Positions 31,808 to 32,000 of a stretch of 32,000 bases of DNA are shown piece by piece. Positions within the stretch are counted from its first letter, which is position 1, and each line of letters begins with the position of its first letter. The notes below the pieces were generated by a model. The model did no database searches, was not told the DNA's origin, and saw only the letters and a program-made list of their open reading frames with translations. This stretch comes from an uncultured Acidobacteriota bacterium (GTDB lineage: Bacteria; Acidobacteriota; Terriglobia; UBA7540): the NCBI GenBank assembly GCA_963804755.1, contig CAWDRP010000028.1:46397-78396 (forward strand), in the 5' to 3' direction. A program made the translations under genes and the position numbers.

Positions 31808-32000
31808 TTACATCACGCGCGGGCTTTTTTCTGACTGGTTCACCATGTCGAGCCTGCTTTCGACTGGCGATTGCGTATAGACGTTCTGGTTCACATCGAG
31901 ACTGTGGCCAAGCTGATCGGCGACCAGCTTGCCATCCACCCCGAGCGCCTTCATCAAAGTTGCATGGGTGCGGCGCATGACCAGAAAATTCACCCAGTCA
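31808..32000 (-). CDS. Tyrosine recombinase / phage-type integrase, C-terminal end (5' part lies beyond the window)
   Basis: ...MRRTHATLMKALGVDGKLVADQLGHSLDVNQNVYTQS carries the R...LGH...Y catalytic-region pattern of tyrosine integrases. The frame is open to base 32000. It lies 56 bp from the tRNA-Gly 3' end. Confidence 0.75.
   Translation of the reverse strand, partial: DWVNFLVMRRTHATLMKALGVDGKLVADQLGHSLDVNQNVYTQSPVESRLDMVNQSEKSPRVM

Overview
GC-rich bacterial chromosomal segment. The gene content (TonB-dependent receptor, CRTAC1/ASPIC FG-GAP protein, sulfatase-TPR fusion, abundant REP-like palindromes) suggests a soil Acidobacteria-like organism, but that is inference only. Bases 1-13.4 kb are mostly ordinary: a 5'-partial TonB-dependent receptor, two Y1/HUH (IS200/RAYT-like) transposase genes embedded in REP-type palindromic repeat arrays, a lipoprotein, a ParD antitoxin with a decayed ParE stub, a small secreted protein, a CRTAC1-like FG-GAP/UnbV protein next to a frameshifted TPR protein, a sulfatase-fold/TPR fusion, and a DnaA homolog lacking domains I-II. 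Bases 13.7-31.2 kb form the interesting part, an accessory cluster. It holds two large NWD1-like STAND NTPases (DUF4062-type N-terminus + P-loop NTPase), one with 14 near-identical WD40 repeats and one with TPRs plus an unknown low-GC C-terminal module. Between them lies a two-gene unit: an AAA+ protein with a tandem RyR-like C-terminal module, translationally coupled to a small RelA/SpoT-type HD hydrolase. Its first gene is cleanly split by an IS701-like element, and the reading frame can be restored exactly by removing the IS. The cluster ends with a four-part fusion of RelA/SpoT-type synthetase, helical repeats, a LOG/SLOG-like Rossmann domain and the same tandem RyR-like module, preceded by an AT-rich region with iteron-like direct repeats. 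I read this as a candidate uncharacterised nucleotide/alarmone-signalling conflict (possibly anti-phage) island. The window ends with tRNA-Gly(CCC) and the 3' end of a tyrosine integrase gene. All domain calls come from reading motifs by eye, and no database search was run.
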